From NCBI RefSeq assembly GCF_006345805.1, contig NC_042998.1, positions 161,820,001 to 161,884,000 on the forward strand: a stretch of DNA of 64,000 bases, given 5' to 3'. The notes beneath the pieces are model-generated. The model ran no database searches and was not told the DNA's origin. It saw nothing but the letters and a program-made list of their open reading frames with translations. A program made the translations under genes and the position numbers. Source of the stretch: Octopus sinensis. Lineage: Eukaryota. Below are positions 1-13,319 of this stretch, piece by piece (the stretch's first letter is position 1; every line of letters starts with the position of its first letter).

Positions 1-2414
1 CATCATGTGACCTCTTCAGTGACGCTGTATCCCAGGTGTCTCCAAAAGAACTTTGACAAAGAAACTAAAATAATAATTATAAAGCTACAGTGAAGATAAA
101 TAGTGCATGTATTTAACTGGTAAAATCCCCAAGTATAACTTGTTCCAACACAGGAATCTTGCAAAACAAATATATAACTGTAAAAATTTAACCAATTTTT
201 TAAGAAAATCTGTCATAATTATTGTCTTGGCTCCTCGCAAAAGCAACATTCATAGCAATAGTTAACAATGAGCAAGAACATTATAGAGTTAGGTATCGAG
301 CTAAAGAGATCAAGGAGCTGTTTTCATTAAGTCCATTGTCAAGCTCTTAATTTCTATCAATTGAATTTACCTTATTCTAAATACTGTGGGTAAACAGTAA
401 GATCAGCTGTAGTTACTTTCCATTATCGTACTGAATTCCTACTGTGAGAAAACCTATGTACAGCAATCAAGCATATATTTTTTATAGAGATATATCTCTT
501 TTTTACTTATCTCTTGAAAAATCTTATCTAAGCATTGGTTTTATAGATCCATAGTGTCTTGAAAAGATTATCTATAAAAAAATAAACTTAGAAATCATTA
601 TATGTTAAGAATAGTTGAGCTTTTATTGAGTAACTGCAATGTAGTTAAAGGAAAACTTATACGAAAAAATTAGATCAAATGAGGAGCTTTACAGAAAGTT
701 GATAATCTAGACAAACCTGTATGCAAACTGCAATTACATAAAAGCTATTTCTTTAAGGAAGGATAGTTAAGGTGGCATATGTGAGGTAAGAATTAAGTGA
801 TGTTAAATAATGAGTAATTAGTTTGTGAAATAACGATTAAAGTATAACAGTTCTAGTGCAAATTATTTTCACAATATGTTACCCAATAGATTTTTGAAAA
901 AGCCTCTATGATTACCTCACCTATTGAAAATAACAGTAAGACTTCTCTCTCAAATCACATTGTACTGTTTTGAAAATGGATAAACACACCTGATAACTGT
1001 CTTAGATAACATAAATATGATAAATAGTCACAAATGGAATGCTTGTAGAACAGCATAACCAACAGTGGTAATAAAGTTTTGACTATGATTTATTACAGGA
1101 ATCTTTGATATTTAGATTTTAATCCTTTGGTTTTTAATTACTTGTATTTTGCGTGAAATGGTCTTACATGGAATTAAATGAGTTTTGCAATGTGGCACTG
1201 AAAACGTAAGACTAAATTTCATTACAGTCGTAATCTCACAAAACAACTGAGATTTTTGAAACCTACAATGAGTTTGTCTGATGAATTATTGACTACAATA
1301 CTTGGTTTGTTATGATTCTAATAGACAGGATGAGTGCAAGTTGACAAAATGACAAATTATTTGAAGTATTTTCCATTTAGTTTATGTTTGGAAGAGACAT
1401 GACCAAACTAGGCTATCTAAAGATATTCAGCAAAAGGGGCATTACTGATAGTACTGGTTACAATATGGATAGGAGGTAAGTGTGTTTTGATAAATTTAAA
1501 TCATTTGTGTTGGGTCGGAATTGTTTCAGTGAGTAATAATAAAATATGTTATAATTTATTTATTGATTACATCAGTTGTATTATTCTGTTACATGACAAA
1601 ATCTTCATTAATTTCAATATTTTAAATAATACTGCTTGTTTGTTTTTCTTTTCTATGCTTCATATTTCCAGTGGAGCAGTACTCATTTCTGTAGCACTTT
1701 GTGGATCAGAGACACATCTCTGGGAATGTTGGTTTGTTGACAGTAACTTTATTATAAAAGCAAATCAACTTAGCATTGCAACCTAGTAAACACTTTTCAG
1801 TTTTAAAATGTTGCTTTGTTTATAGCAGACAATTGTGTTATTGTGATGCTTAATGCTAAATTGATTCAGTCATTGAGATTTGAGTGTTTGAACATGAACA
1901 AAGCTTAGTTAGTTGGTGGGTATGAAGCCAACAAGTTTTGGCTGATACTTAGTAGTCTATCAGTTTTGTCAACTGTGGCCCTAAACAAACAAAATTTTTG
2001 ATTGTTTAGAACTTTTAGGTACAACTCTTGGAAACTGAGTATTTTGATGCACTTCTTGGAATCAGGAGCGAATGTATATTTGATAGTTCAAATAAATGGT
2101 GATGTACATAATGATATATGTACAAAAAATTCAAAATGAATTGAAATTTGTCATTTAGTTGGAGAAAGAAATAAAGTATTCTACTGACACTTGTTCAGAA
2201 ATCTCAAACAAAAAAAAAAAAAAAGAGAAAGAAGGGAAATAACGCCATTTAATTTTTGACAAAATTGAATTTTTATGCTTAAGGGAAAATGTTGATTTTT
2301 GTTTGCACCTATGGGCTGTTTTATATGTGTTGCTTAGCTATCTCAATCATTGTTTCATGCTGCTAGGGATAGTTGACTAATGGTCATACATTTTAAAAAA
2401 TTTGTAAATCTCAG

Positions 2415-2630
2415 TGGCCTGATTTCATTGTCAGTCAATCATACCTGTGATCAAAGGCATTCTAACTATGACCATCAAGTCCTTTTTTTTTTTTAACTAA
2501 TACCATATATTTAAGACTAACTACATTATGCTTTGCTCCTTTTTTTTTGTTGTATGATTGGGTTTGATTTGTATGAAGTTAGGCTACTGTCTCCATCAAG
2601 TCCAATTACCACATAAAAGCCACTGTCATT
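2415..2630 (-). repeat. Ancient interspersed repeat fragment; related copies at ~890-1060 (+), ~3850-4030 (+), ~43510-43600 (-)
   Basis: Shared degenerate motifs on the element strand: 'ctagaaatagcagccaaatctccctcaaatcac' and 'ggtcatggctggaatgcctttgatca'. Confidence 0.5.
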
Positions 2631-3054
2631 TGCTCAAAGATATCAGCAGCTGTTAACAAATATAACATTATATAATACATACATACAAACATACATACCT
2701 ACACACACACACATATATATGTGTGTGTGTGTGTGTATATATATATATAAAACTTCAACCTTTAGGAGATTTTTGTTAAAACTTAGTACAAAATGAAAAT
2801 GTCTCCAGCTTAATGTATGACAAAATTGTTAAGATGACTTATTCACATTGATGGAACAGTTTTCCTGGCTACTAACCTTACTTTTTACTTCATTTTATAA
2901 AATTCAGGTAAATAATTTTGCATCTATTCCTCATCAACACTCATGAATATGTATGAGTGCATGTAAATACACACACACACAAGCAAAGTAGCTAGTTCTA
3001 AAATCTCTATAAGAGATGTAATTGTTAAAAATACTGAAAAGTAATGTTTGTTAC

Positions 3055-3141
3055 CGCTTCAACATGGCTGTTCTGTATGGAACTACGTTACTACCTTCTT
3101 GATCCTTCTTATAGTCTTTCTTTAGCTTGTGGAATGATCCC
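3055..3141 (-). CDS. Candidate 87-nt exon (GSFHKLKKDYKKDQEGSNVVPYRTAMLKR), alternatively a decayed RLE-LINE 3' end
   Basis: Acceptor tctttacag| and donor |gtaaca, open phase 2-2 frame. The peptide also resembles the G.IP..LK...QKTALL C-terminus of restriction-like-endonuclease LINEs. Confidence 0.2.
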
Positions 3142-3593
3142 CTGTAAAGACATCAGAGTCTAAGTTTGAATCTTTTAAGCACTACTAAGTGTCTTCTATG
3201 TGGAGAATCTCTGGATTTCACTTGTGAACTATATACCTGCATAGATATACATGATGTATAATGGCTTTCTACTTGATAGATGAGCATGACCATTGCTATT
3301 AGATATGTAAGCAATGCCATGCAAGGGGTCTAAGTCAAGTGCAGCTTGCATAAAACCATGACTCTCACTAGCAATACCAAGAAACTCAGGGACAAGCTAA
3401 GTTCAAGATAACTGACTCAGTAGAACAGTGGGTTTTATATACAAGTTAACCTTCTTCTAGAGGGATACCTTGACAAAGACCAAGGGTCCTTCATTCCCCA
3501 TGAGTTTATTATGCCTTCATGCATCAACCTGAGTATTTCTATATCCCAGCACATACATACATACATACATACATACATGTGTGTGTAAATGCA

Positions 3594-3642
<49 letters not shown>

Positions 3643-4361
3643 ATATATACATATGTATATATTTCTGTGTATGTATGTATAAACATACATATACACATAT
3701 CATATGTATGGTTCTGATTTCTTATTCCCATGGCTTAGGGAATATAATTAACTGGTGTCTCTAGTTGCATTAGACCCTTACTCTGAATATGTCTGGGAAT
3801 GTAGATGTTAAGCATATCAACTTTTGACTGTCAAAATAATGAAGGAACCCCTATGAATGTTGCTTGATCTGCTAAAAATAGCAGTCAAATCGCTCTTACA
3901 AATTACAGATAAAGGAATGGGGGAAAAAAATTGAACAATGCTATCTGGTGTATGCTATACAGCATTAAAAACAAGATAATAATGGCTGGAGTGTATTTTG
4001 ATCATAGTTTTACATGATCAGGTTTGACATACTCCTGAATTCATGTGTAATTAGCTGAGCATTCCAAAGACACTTGTACCAATCAACAGCAACATTATCT
4101 GGCTCATGTAGTTCACATTGTTGTTTTTGTATCCTAAACAATAGCATCATAGGTTTTTCATGGACAAATCATGGTCTCACTGCATTTCTGATGTTGATTG
4201 CCTTACTTGGTGAAACTAGTATTACACAAGATATTTTTTATTTCAAAATATCGGTTTCTTTTGTTTTTTTTTTGTTTTAGTTTTATTATCGCTGTTTACT
4301 TCTTTTATAAATTTATCTCAACAAAACACACACACACACACACACACGCATATATATCTTT

Positions 4362-4590
4362 TTTTTTCAACTGTTTCTGTCATTAGATTGTTGCCATGCT
4401 GGAGCACTACCTTGAACTTATGTCAAACAAATTGATCCATGTACTTATTTTTTTAAGCCTGATTCTTACTCTGTCAATATCTATAACTGAACTGCTAAGT
4501 TATAGTGACATAAATAAACCAAACCTGGTTGTCCAGAGGTAGTGGGGAGACAAACACAGGCAACAAAGTCATGCACGCACACACATATAA

Positions 4591-4661
<71 letters not shown>

Positions 4662-4800
4662 TGATGGGTTTGTTTCAGTTTCTGTCTACCAAATCCACTC
4701 ACAAAGGCCTCAAGGCTATAGTAGAAAGCACTCACCCAATGCTGTAGGACTGAGTGTAAAACCATGGGGTTGAGAAGCAATGCCTGTGCCTACACAGCCA
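4362..4800 (-). mobile_element. tRNA-headed SINE family A (central microsatellite), degenerate
   Basis: Matches in-window copies such as 13521-13917; has the central (CA)n/(TA)n tract and the 'cagcatggc...aaacag' tail. Confidence 0.85.
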
Positions 4801-5115
4801 GAAAAAAAAAATAATAATAAAGTATGACTATTATGGTATTGGTTTAACAATTGAAAAAGTATTGGAAATGAAATAGAAATTACTTGATCTTTCAGACATT
4901 AGTCTTTCTTTAGGAAGAAAAGGAGGGAATGAAAAAGTTTTTGTAAAAATTAAAGGATAAAAATTGTTTTTAAATTCACAAGGAGGAGGTGTATGGTTAT
5001 AAGGCATCAAAGAAAGTCATTTTATTGAGAGGGATCAAGAAAAAAGGTGGGGTAGGATTAGGTTAATGTGTCAATGCATTTGTGCACCTGTTTGTGCAAC
5101 ACACACCACCTTCAT

Positions 5116-5166
5116 ACATCTCCCTCACGATCACCTAAAGCTTTAGGGTGATCGTGAGGGAGATGT
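5116..5166. repeat. Near-perfect palindrome centred on AAGCTT
   Basis: acatctccctcacgatcacctaaag | ctttagggtgatcgtgagggagatgt; one indel, no loop. Confidence 0.95.
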
Positions 5167-5541
5167 GTGTTGGTGGGGCATATGTATGTGTATGAATGTG
5201 TGTAAATGTGTAAAGGAGGCCTTGGTTAGTGGAGTGTGAGACTGACATCTGAATATATGTAATTGTCATGTGAGCAGTATGAAAGCATGCATATGAGGTT
5301 GTCTAAGATTGTGTGTGTGTGTGTGATTAAAGGTGTGAAGGAAGTGGAGTAGGATGGTGTGTGTTTGAGTAAGCTCAAAACATATAATGATGGTAAAATG
5401 TAGTTTTGAGTGTAAGACAGTGAAGCAAAGGGTGAAAAAGGAAAAAAATCTTAAGTCACAAAACCCCAAAAATGAGATGATCAAAGTAAAAAATAAATAT
5501 GCTAAAAGTCCATATACATACATACATGCATGTATGTACTT

Positions 5542-5740
5542 TGTTGACTGAGGCTACCATTGGTTTCATGCTAAGAAAGCCCTTTACAATTATCATACTT
5601 ATCACATGGAATATTGATGTTTGTCTCTATTTTGGATTTGTTTTATCCAAAATGGACATGGAAACTGATGTTCCATGTGATCGGCTTGATAATTGTGAAA
5701 GGCTTTCTTAACATGAAACAAATGATAGCCTCAGTCAACA
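5542..5740. repeat. ~200-bp fold-back (MITE-like) inverted repeat
   Basis: tgttgactgaggctaccattggtttcatgctaagaaagcc... pairs with ...ggctttcttaacatgaaacaaatgatagcctcagtcaaca; inner stem tattttggat/atccaaaatg. Confidence 0.9.
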
Positions 5741-6075
5741 GATAAAGAATCTTTATCCACCAATTCTGTGTTGAGCACTCATTCTCACTGTTTGATATTT
5801 AGATACATGTGTGCATGTGTGTAATAAACTAAACACTTATATTAATTATAATGCTCAAATTTAGGTAAAAGAACTTTTGAATATTCTTTCGTCATAATGA
5901 GTCATTGTTTTATATAATTTTATATTTATTCTGTTTTCTTTAATCTTAATCAAATGCATAATGCTTCCATAATTATAAAACTTCCATAATTTTTATTTAA
6001 CATGAAAGTGTAACCCCATGTTTTTAAAATTTTATTTGCATGTGCCAATGAACCTAGTGCTTAAAAAAGGAACTC

Positions 6076-6133
<58 letters not shown>

Positions 6134-6152
6134 CATTATTATTATTATAATT

Positions 6153-6603
6153 AAGGGGTGAGCTAGCAGAATTGTTAGCACACTGGATGAAATTCTTAAT
6201 GGCATTTTGTCCATCTTTATGTACTGAGTTCAAATTCTGCTGACGTCAGCTTTGCTCTTCATCCTTTTAAGATCAATAAAATAATTATGTTGTGGAAGGA
6301 TTCCAGCTCCCCCCCACCACAAGTGACCGAAGGTGGACTCTCCCATTGTTAAAATGTAAAGAAGTGTAAGCAATTGGCAGTTCAGGTTGGTAAGGAATTC
6401 ACTGTAGCCGTTGATATAGAGCAGTGAATCTTGTGTAATATTAATAGTAGTGCATTGTGTAAATACTTTCTTTACCCCCCTGCTTCGTTATATTATATAT
6501 CCAACATACAAGGATATAAAAAAGTACCAGTCACGTACTGAGGTCGATGCAATCGACTTTACCTGCTGTCCTGAAATTGCTGGCCTTGTTCTAAAATTTG
6601 AAA
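6153..6603 (+). mobile_element. tRNA-headed SINE family B interrupted by a ~220-bp insertion
   Basis: Head 'ggtgagctagcagaattgttagca...gagttcaaattc'; tail 'aagtaccag...aattgctggccttg...aaatttgaaa' resumes at ~6521. Confidence 0.85.
6288..6506 (+). mobile_element. Possible solo LTR or small element inserted in the SINE
   Basis: TGTTG...CAACA inverted termini with TA on both sides; splits the SINE B consensus at 'aaataa^gtacc'. Confidence 0.45.
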
Positions 6604-8599
6604 TTATCATCCTCATTATTATTATCAACAATTGACCTGTTCCTGTTATTATTTCTTCATGTATTCTAAAATGCTTAAACTATATGAAAATACATAAAGT
6701 TATGGATTGTTTTTCTCAAGGGAATATTTAAAAATTTGGAAGTCTGAACATACAATGTCCAGATGATGTTAAAATAGATCTCTCATTAGGCAAATTCTTT
6801 TTTTTTTTTATTCTTTTACAAGCATGTATTACAAAGATGACATGGAATGCCTACCATCAAACATATTAAAAGTGAATGTGTTTGCACAGATTTTAAACAC
6901 CCACACACGAAGAAAACTAACAGGAACATTTTGCAGCAAAATATATGCACTTTACAAAGAGAAATATTGACATTTCTGAGGAAAATAATACTGTTGAGAG
7001 CAGTCCTATTGATACTTTGGCAAAACTGCAATAATGAAAACAACACTCACATACACACATCCAAGCTTTGCCAAACGAAAGTAACTGCATTTTTTTAATG
7101 ATAGGAATTTGAGTGGAGGACCAATTTTGTGTTTCGCAAATATAACATGCAACAGACAAACTTTGGCTATGGAACATTTTGGTAAAAGGAAAATTGAGAT
7201 TGCATAGCAGACTCTTGGTACAACAGTAAGCACCTGTCTACACAAAGCTGTCACAGAGGTAAAGAAAAAGTGAAGTTAGACTATTTATCCACTATCAAAA
7301 CTATAGGAGCTTTCTTTGTGCTCTTCAAAGAATGGCTGAAGGATGCCTTCAGTGGTGTGTGGAATCACATCTACTCTGGGCAAAAGAGTGAAAGAGAGAG
7401 AGAGGGCCTATGCTGTGTTATATATTACTTTTAAAACTAGAGATAGAGCAAACATATGAGCAGTGTTTGTACATCACATTCCTACCCAGAGAGAAAAGTT
7501 CTTTTCAAACTGAAGGAAGACAAAGGGGTGGATGTTCAACACTGAGAGGACTTTTGGTGATATATGGTTGGGTGGGGCATCTATGAATATATGTGCTATT
7601 ATGACTCAAGAAGATTACCTCGGAGTCGTGCCCTGCATGGATGCCAAGGAAAAGATTTTACGACTGATTTTCCTGAGTAGAAAGTACAACTGTTGCATGT
7701 GGTAAAAGTAAGAACATTCTGCCTATAAGAACTATAGCAAAGAAAGACGAAAGATAGTAAAAGCAGTAGCAGGCCACAGAAACTGCTTTATGTAAGACCC
7801 TAACGGGCATAACTGTGAAAACTTTGAAAGATTGTCTCATCCTCTATGAAAGACATGTTATTAATTGAAACTAAATAATGAAGCCATGTAGAGCTTTACA
7901 ACATCTGTTTTCTGGTCATGAATCTTTTCTGTCTCTGCCCACGTGGACATTTTTAAAACTCACAAGGAAGTGGGCCAAAGGAGAGAAAAATAGAAGGTAG
8001 CAGAAGAGGATTAGAGTTATTGGGAGCTCCGATTTAATCTAGATTGTGGTTTATCACCAATGTGTAGTTGGTTCAAACTGCGTTTCACATTATTTAAATT
8101 ATATCTTCTTTTAATCATTGTTTTATGTAATTTTATACTTTTATGTAGTTTTATACTTATTCTGTTTTTAACCTAGTCAAAATTTTAATACCATTATTGT
8201 AAAAACGTCCTATAAGTTATATCAATATTTGAATAAGTTTATTACACAATATATTTGTTTTTATATAATTTTGTCATGCCTACGTTCCAAAAAAATATGA
8301 TGGTTGTCAAATTCTAATGGGTAAAATTTTTCATTTTTGGATTATTTTGCAAACCAAGAGCTTCAAAACATTTGGACGTCTATTCCAATACATGGAATGA
8401 ACATAAGATCGGTTTCATAGATATTATTATTATGTTGTGTATTAACATTTTGTTTTCCTGTTTACGGTCTATTCAATATGACTTCTTTTATTAAAAGAGC
8501 TATAAAAGGTATTAACAGAAATGGATTTATCATTGGATATAGCCACTCAAAAGAAAAAGATGGATGATTTTTGAATAAAGCAAAAATGAAATTTAGAAA

Positions 8600-9350
8600 T
8601 AAAAAATGGTAATCATAAAAATTGGCATCTAGTGGTTAATGATGTGCAGACATGAGCTGATGCTGTGACATCCACAGCAATTCCTTGACTGTGGACAAAT
8701 GTGTTCACTGTTAGACTCTCTTTCCACAACTCATCTCTTTGATAGAGTTACAGAGCAATGTCAAGCAAAAACCAAGACAGGACATTTGGTATCTTGAATG
8801 ATGATGTCAAATACTACCAGCCTGTCAGACAATGCAGTAGATGAAAGTTCCATATAGTTTTTCTATAGAGAATCAGTGATAAGCAAAAGTAACAGTAATC
8901 TCAGAGAAGGTCTGGGAGTCGATGAAAATCAACTGGCTGGTCTGTTATGAAGAACTTTTGGGTTGGGGTTTATGGATAATTTCCAGAAAACCTTACTCTG
9001 GCTGTGCTATTGTAGTGCATTGCTGGTTTAAAATAAAATCTACAGCCAGGCCTGTCCAAGATGTGTGTAGGGCAAAGAAATCAGTTTGTTACACTTCTCT
9101 AGTGCCTGGACATTGCTGACTTATGGTGATATGTCAGAGGGTTGCTCTCAAGTAATCCAAGAGCGTCTGGCTGTTTTCTTTGACTGGGAAGGCTGGGCAG
9201 TTTTTTTCATTAGCTGTATGATGGCTTTGGCAGAAGAGATTGTATGACCGAGAGGGCTGCAAACAGACAGACCCTTTCCTTTCTCTTTTAGTCAAGCTCT
9301 CATTAGTATTTTTTAGTCTTACATGAGTTTCCTTTTAAAAAAAAAAAAAA
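8600..9350 (+). mobile_element. Decayed L1/Tx1-like LINE 3' end
   Basis: Frameshifted 'ACPRC..GKE..LH...QCLDIADLW.YV.GLLS' zinc-finger remnant at ~9050-9150, followed by an A-run at ~9337-9350. Confidence 0.6.
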
Positions 9351-9391
9351 GAGAATAGAGAAGAACATGTTGCTGCCAAGTAAATATAGGC

Positions 9392-9479
9392 GGAGGTAAA
9401 GAATATGCACACCACCCATTTTCAGTGTAAGCCTAACACTAAACGCCAAAAACAGGTGGTGTGCATATTCTTTACCTTC
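9392..9479. repeat. Short inverted repeat with perfect 23-bp arms
   Basis: aggtaaagaatatgcacaccacc (9394-9416) / ggtggtgtgcatattctttacct (9455-9477). Confidence 0.95.
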
Positions 9480-9799
9480 ATTGCAAATATGTTGAAAGAA
9501 AGATGAGAATAGTTAGTGAATGATTTTGTTCTGCTTATGCACCTATAAATTGAAGAAGGATTGCTGGGAGAAGGAATTTGGTCCAGTGGTCAGAGTGACT
9601 GTCGTTGTTATGAGGTTTCCATAAGTAACCCTTAATAACCTCACTTTTGAGGTACTTTTTTGTTTCAATTTTGTTTACAATGTTTTTATTTCCTTTCTTC
9701 ACACAATGTGTATTTTTTAGAAATATAATCCCAGTACAGGTCTTAACCTGCACTGTCTTCAATTCTTTTATCAACCCTTGTAGCAGGTCAGACTAAATG

Positions 9800-10140
9800 C
9801 AACATCTCTTTTGGCACTTTATCTCCTGACTTCGAATGCCAACTTTGTTTTTCTTCCCTCTGAGTTGATAAAATAAAGTACTGGTCTAGCATTGTGGTCT
9901 ATAATATCATTTAACCGTTGTCCTGAAAACAACAGCCCTTAGACCAAAATTAGAAAGAAAATTTATTATTATCATTTTTAATTTCGTCTGACTTTATGCT
10001 TTGAGTTCAAATTCAACCAAGGTTGACTTTTCCTTTTATCTTTTGGGGTCAATAAAATAGGTACCAGTTGAACACTGGGGTTGATATAATTGACTTACAC
10101 CATCTTTCTAATTTGCTGGACTTGTACCAAAATTTGAAAA
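9800..10140 (+). mobile_element. Two tandem degenerate SINE family B fragments
   Basis: Each has 'gataaaataa.gtac..gt'; the second retains 'gagttcaaattc' and is followed by a (CAT)n/(TAT)n tract to ~10213. Confidence 0.7.
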
Positions 10141-10162
10141 CATCACCATCATCATCATCATC

Positions 10163-10215
<53 letters not shown>

Positions 10216-11859
10216 ACAGGCAGATTTGAACTTGTTCCATGGACCAAATGGTAACATCCATATTTTCTGTTGTTTCCCACTGTATCATATGTTTTGAAAT
10301 TTGTACTTTTCTTAAGTCCAATCAATACACTATAAACACTTGTTTATACTATTGTTGCTTACACAAAGGAATTTGATTGAATGTGCAGCACATACAAACA
10401 TAGGAATCAATAAAAGATTGCTTACCACTTGAATGATTTATTTTTCATCTTATTTACTTATATTTTTTCTTCCTAATCTTATTATTAACTGTCCTTGCAT
10501 TATCATTATTATTCTTATTCTTCTTATTATTGTTGTTGTTTGTGATATCTTCACCTTCCCCTTTTCCTTAAATGTTATTATTTACTATTATTAAGTTATT
10601 TTATGATAATAATAGTAGTTATTATTATTGTCGTTGTTATTATTATTATCATTATTATAGTTGTTGTTACGGTTGTTGTCATTATTTTTATGAGTGGTTT
10701 TCTTCTCTGCCAAAGTGAATAGAAAGGTTTCCTGACCAGAAACTGTGTCATTTATTGTACCAGTGGGAATACAAATGTAACTGCGAATACACTTCCTGAC
10801 AAACATTGAGTCGTGAAGAAGATTTGCTTTCTTCGCCAGATGGAAGTCATCCAAAAATAGCCCACGAAAAACACTTTTTAACTAAAGGACACTAATGCTT
10901 CTTGCACCTTACGTGCTGACATATACAACCAAGCATATACTTTTCTCAATGTTGTTGTTGTTGTTGATAATGGTGTTGTAGTTGTTGTTGTAGTTGTTAT
11001 CATTATTGTTAGACACATTAAAATAGGGAAAACTGCTCTGCACATAGCTTCATCTGTGTTCAGCTGTACAGAAAACGGCTTTTTATTTATTGTTTCATGC
11101 AACTTAACAAGTATCATTGGAATTATCAGTATTCTTGCGGAATGATGGATGGATGTCTGTATATACATTGATTTGTCTTCCCATTCTGTCTCCCACCCTC
11201 AACTCTATCATTCTGCCTCTTGCTTCTTCTTTCTCTTTCTCTTTCTCTACTACCCATAAATATATGTCTCTCTCTCATTGAACATATAGATTACAATATG
11301 CAATAGTTAAAAACAATGTATCTGATTATATGAGTATTTGTGGTTGTGTTCCTATGCCTTTATCATAGTTGACGTGCACACACATACATACAAATACAAA
11401 TATATATATTCATACATACATATACACATACATACACACATATATTGTGGTATACAGTGGCTGAGAAGATAAAGTTCCAGATGTCTGACTCATGAATAAG
11501 TACCAAGTCTATATTCTGTAACAGGCATTACTTTATGTCTTCGGGCAAAGGCCAATAACTAGATGATTTGCATTCAAGCTAGTGCCAGATAGCTTAATAG
11601 CCTTTCTTCTGGATCACACAAACAAAACTGATCCAGAAAATATACCACTTATGTGTAATATAACATATGGAGAGCAATATTGTATATACACCTTTTTGCA
11701 TAAGTTTGGCAAGATTTTCTATGAAAACATGTCTTAAAACAGATTACTGTTGCATTTTAATTGTCATATTTTGTTCATACTGTTCATACTAAGTTTATCT
11801 ATGTTTTTAGTAGCCACCCCACATACTTGAATATATCATATGAGGCAACTAAAAGGGCT

Positions 11860-11981
11860 GGCAAGAAGAACAACATCTGGCCTACTTTTTGTCAACCCTC
11901 TTATAAAATGCTGCTTTAGAAAACTTATCCAATCCATGCCAGCATAAAAACATAGAAGTAAAACGATGATGATGATGATGA
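11860..11981 (+). mobile_element. RTE-type 3' tail fragment ending in (GAT)n
   Basis: 'ccaatccatgccagcat....gtaaaacgatgatgatg' matches the tail of 16035-16675. Confidence 0.55.
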
Positions 11982-12289
11982 ATTTGTTGGTGACGATGTT
12001 CCTTATTAAACAGATGAAATTATTTATGAGATATTGAGCAGCAGAGTATTGAGGAAAAGTCACTTTATTTTAGTGCAAGTTATTGGCAACATTTGTATGG
12101 ATTTGAAAACCTCAGTACTGTACAATCATTTATGTTAGCAACAATGATAAATGCTTTCAAAAGCACAAACTACTAAATTTGTATACCTGCCTTCAGGTGA
12201 GAAATGAAAAGGACAAAGGCAAGCAAATTCCAATTTTAAATTCTTACTTGAGGAGCTAAAGTGTGAAAGCAGCTAGCATATCTCATTAA

Positions 12290-13080
12290 TTCTTTGCAAT
12301 AGCAAATCAAATTCTTGTGTGGGAAGGTAGGTTGATCCAGGCTGATTGTAGTGACCTTGTATTCCCTCCTTTTTCTCTTTTCTGCAAGGATGGTTAGTCC
12401 AGCAAGTGTCTTCTAAGGAGACAGTTGCCTGGTGGACAATGAGATGCCAGGTTTCACAGTTAGCGGCTGAAACAGACCACTGGCAGGGATCACTTTATTA
12501 GGCACTGGAGGATTCCTTTAGGGAGTCCTTGTAACTCTCCTTTGGTGCTCATTTATCACAGTGACCAGAGGTAAGTTCTCCAAACATTGTGATCCTAAGA
12601 AGTTGATTATTAACCATATGTCCTTTCCAGTGTAGCTGTGTCTTCAACAGAGTTGCTTGAATGCTGGTGACCTTTGTCTATTCTGGGACCTTGATAATAG
12701 TGACAAAGTCACTCCAGCGGATGCTGAGGATGATGCAAAGACATTGCTGATGGAATCACTCAAGGAGTCATTGAAGGATATGATAGATGACCTATGACTT
12801 TGAGGTGTATAAGAGGATGGCCAACATGATAGTTCTATATAAAATGGTCTTAGTTTCTTTCTTCACATGGTTATGTTCCAGACCCTTTTGTACAGACTGC
12901 TGAATGCACTGTTTGCTTTGACCACTCTGTTATCAACTTTCTTATCAGTTTTGGCATCTGTTGAGATTGAGCATCCTAGGTAGGGGAACTGGTTGATCTC
13001 TTTAGTTATGTACCCCAAGGTGAAGGGGTTATATTCTTACTGTGATGCCAGTAGATGGAAAACTTGTTTTTGTTAAACTG
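12290..13080 (-). mobile_element. RTE (BovB-like) LINE RT/C-terminal fragment, pseudogenised
   Basis: Minus-strand remnants 'FPYLGCSIS.DAK.DK.VDNR..KANSAF', 'LSIRWSDFVT', 'QLHWKGH', 'APK..YKDSLK'. Confidence 0.8.
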
Positions 13081-13319
13081 ATTTCTAGACCAAAGTGTAT
13101 ATATACATAAACCTAAGTGTGCATATACATATATACATGTGTGTATGTGTATGCATTATGTACATACATACATATATATATATGTATTTACATACACACA
13201 CACACATATATATACACACACACACACATATATATATATATACACACACATATATAAATATACATACACACACACATGCACACACACACATATATATAAC
13301 TCAAACATTTTACTCAGTA

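Noticed and set aside
1-56. Possible last coding exon (SCDLFSDAVSQVSPKEL*) followed by a 3' UTR
   Set aside because: Cut by the window edge; too short to support.
4033-4134. Minus-strand exon-like segment IQKQQCELHEPDNVAVDWYKCLW
   Set aside because: Phase-incompatible with neighbouring candidates and resembles the PDIVVVD motif of RLE LINEs.
9535-9774. ORF with 'EVIKGYLWK', resembling a PH-domain start
   Set aside because: The rest does not resemble PH and the splice signals are weak.
10591-11168. N/T-rich minus-strand ORFs with a signal-peptide-like start
   Set aside because: Dominated by trinucleotide repeats; frames are interrupted by stops and no family is recognisable.
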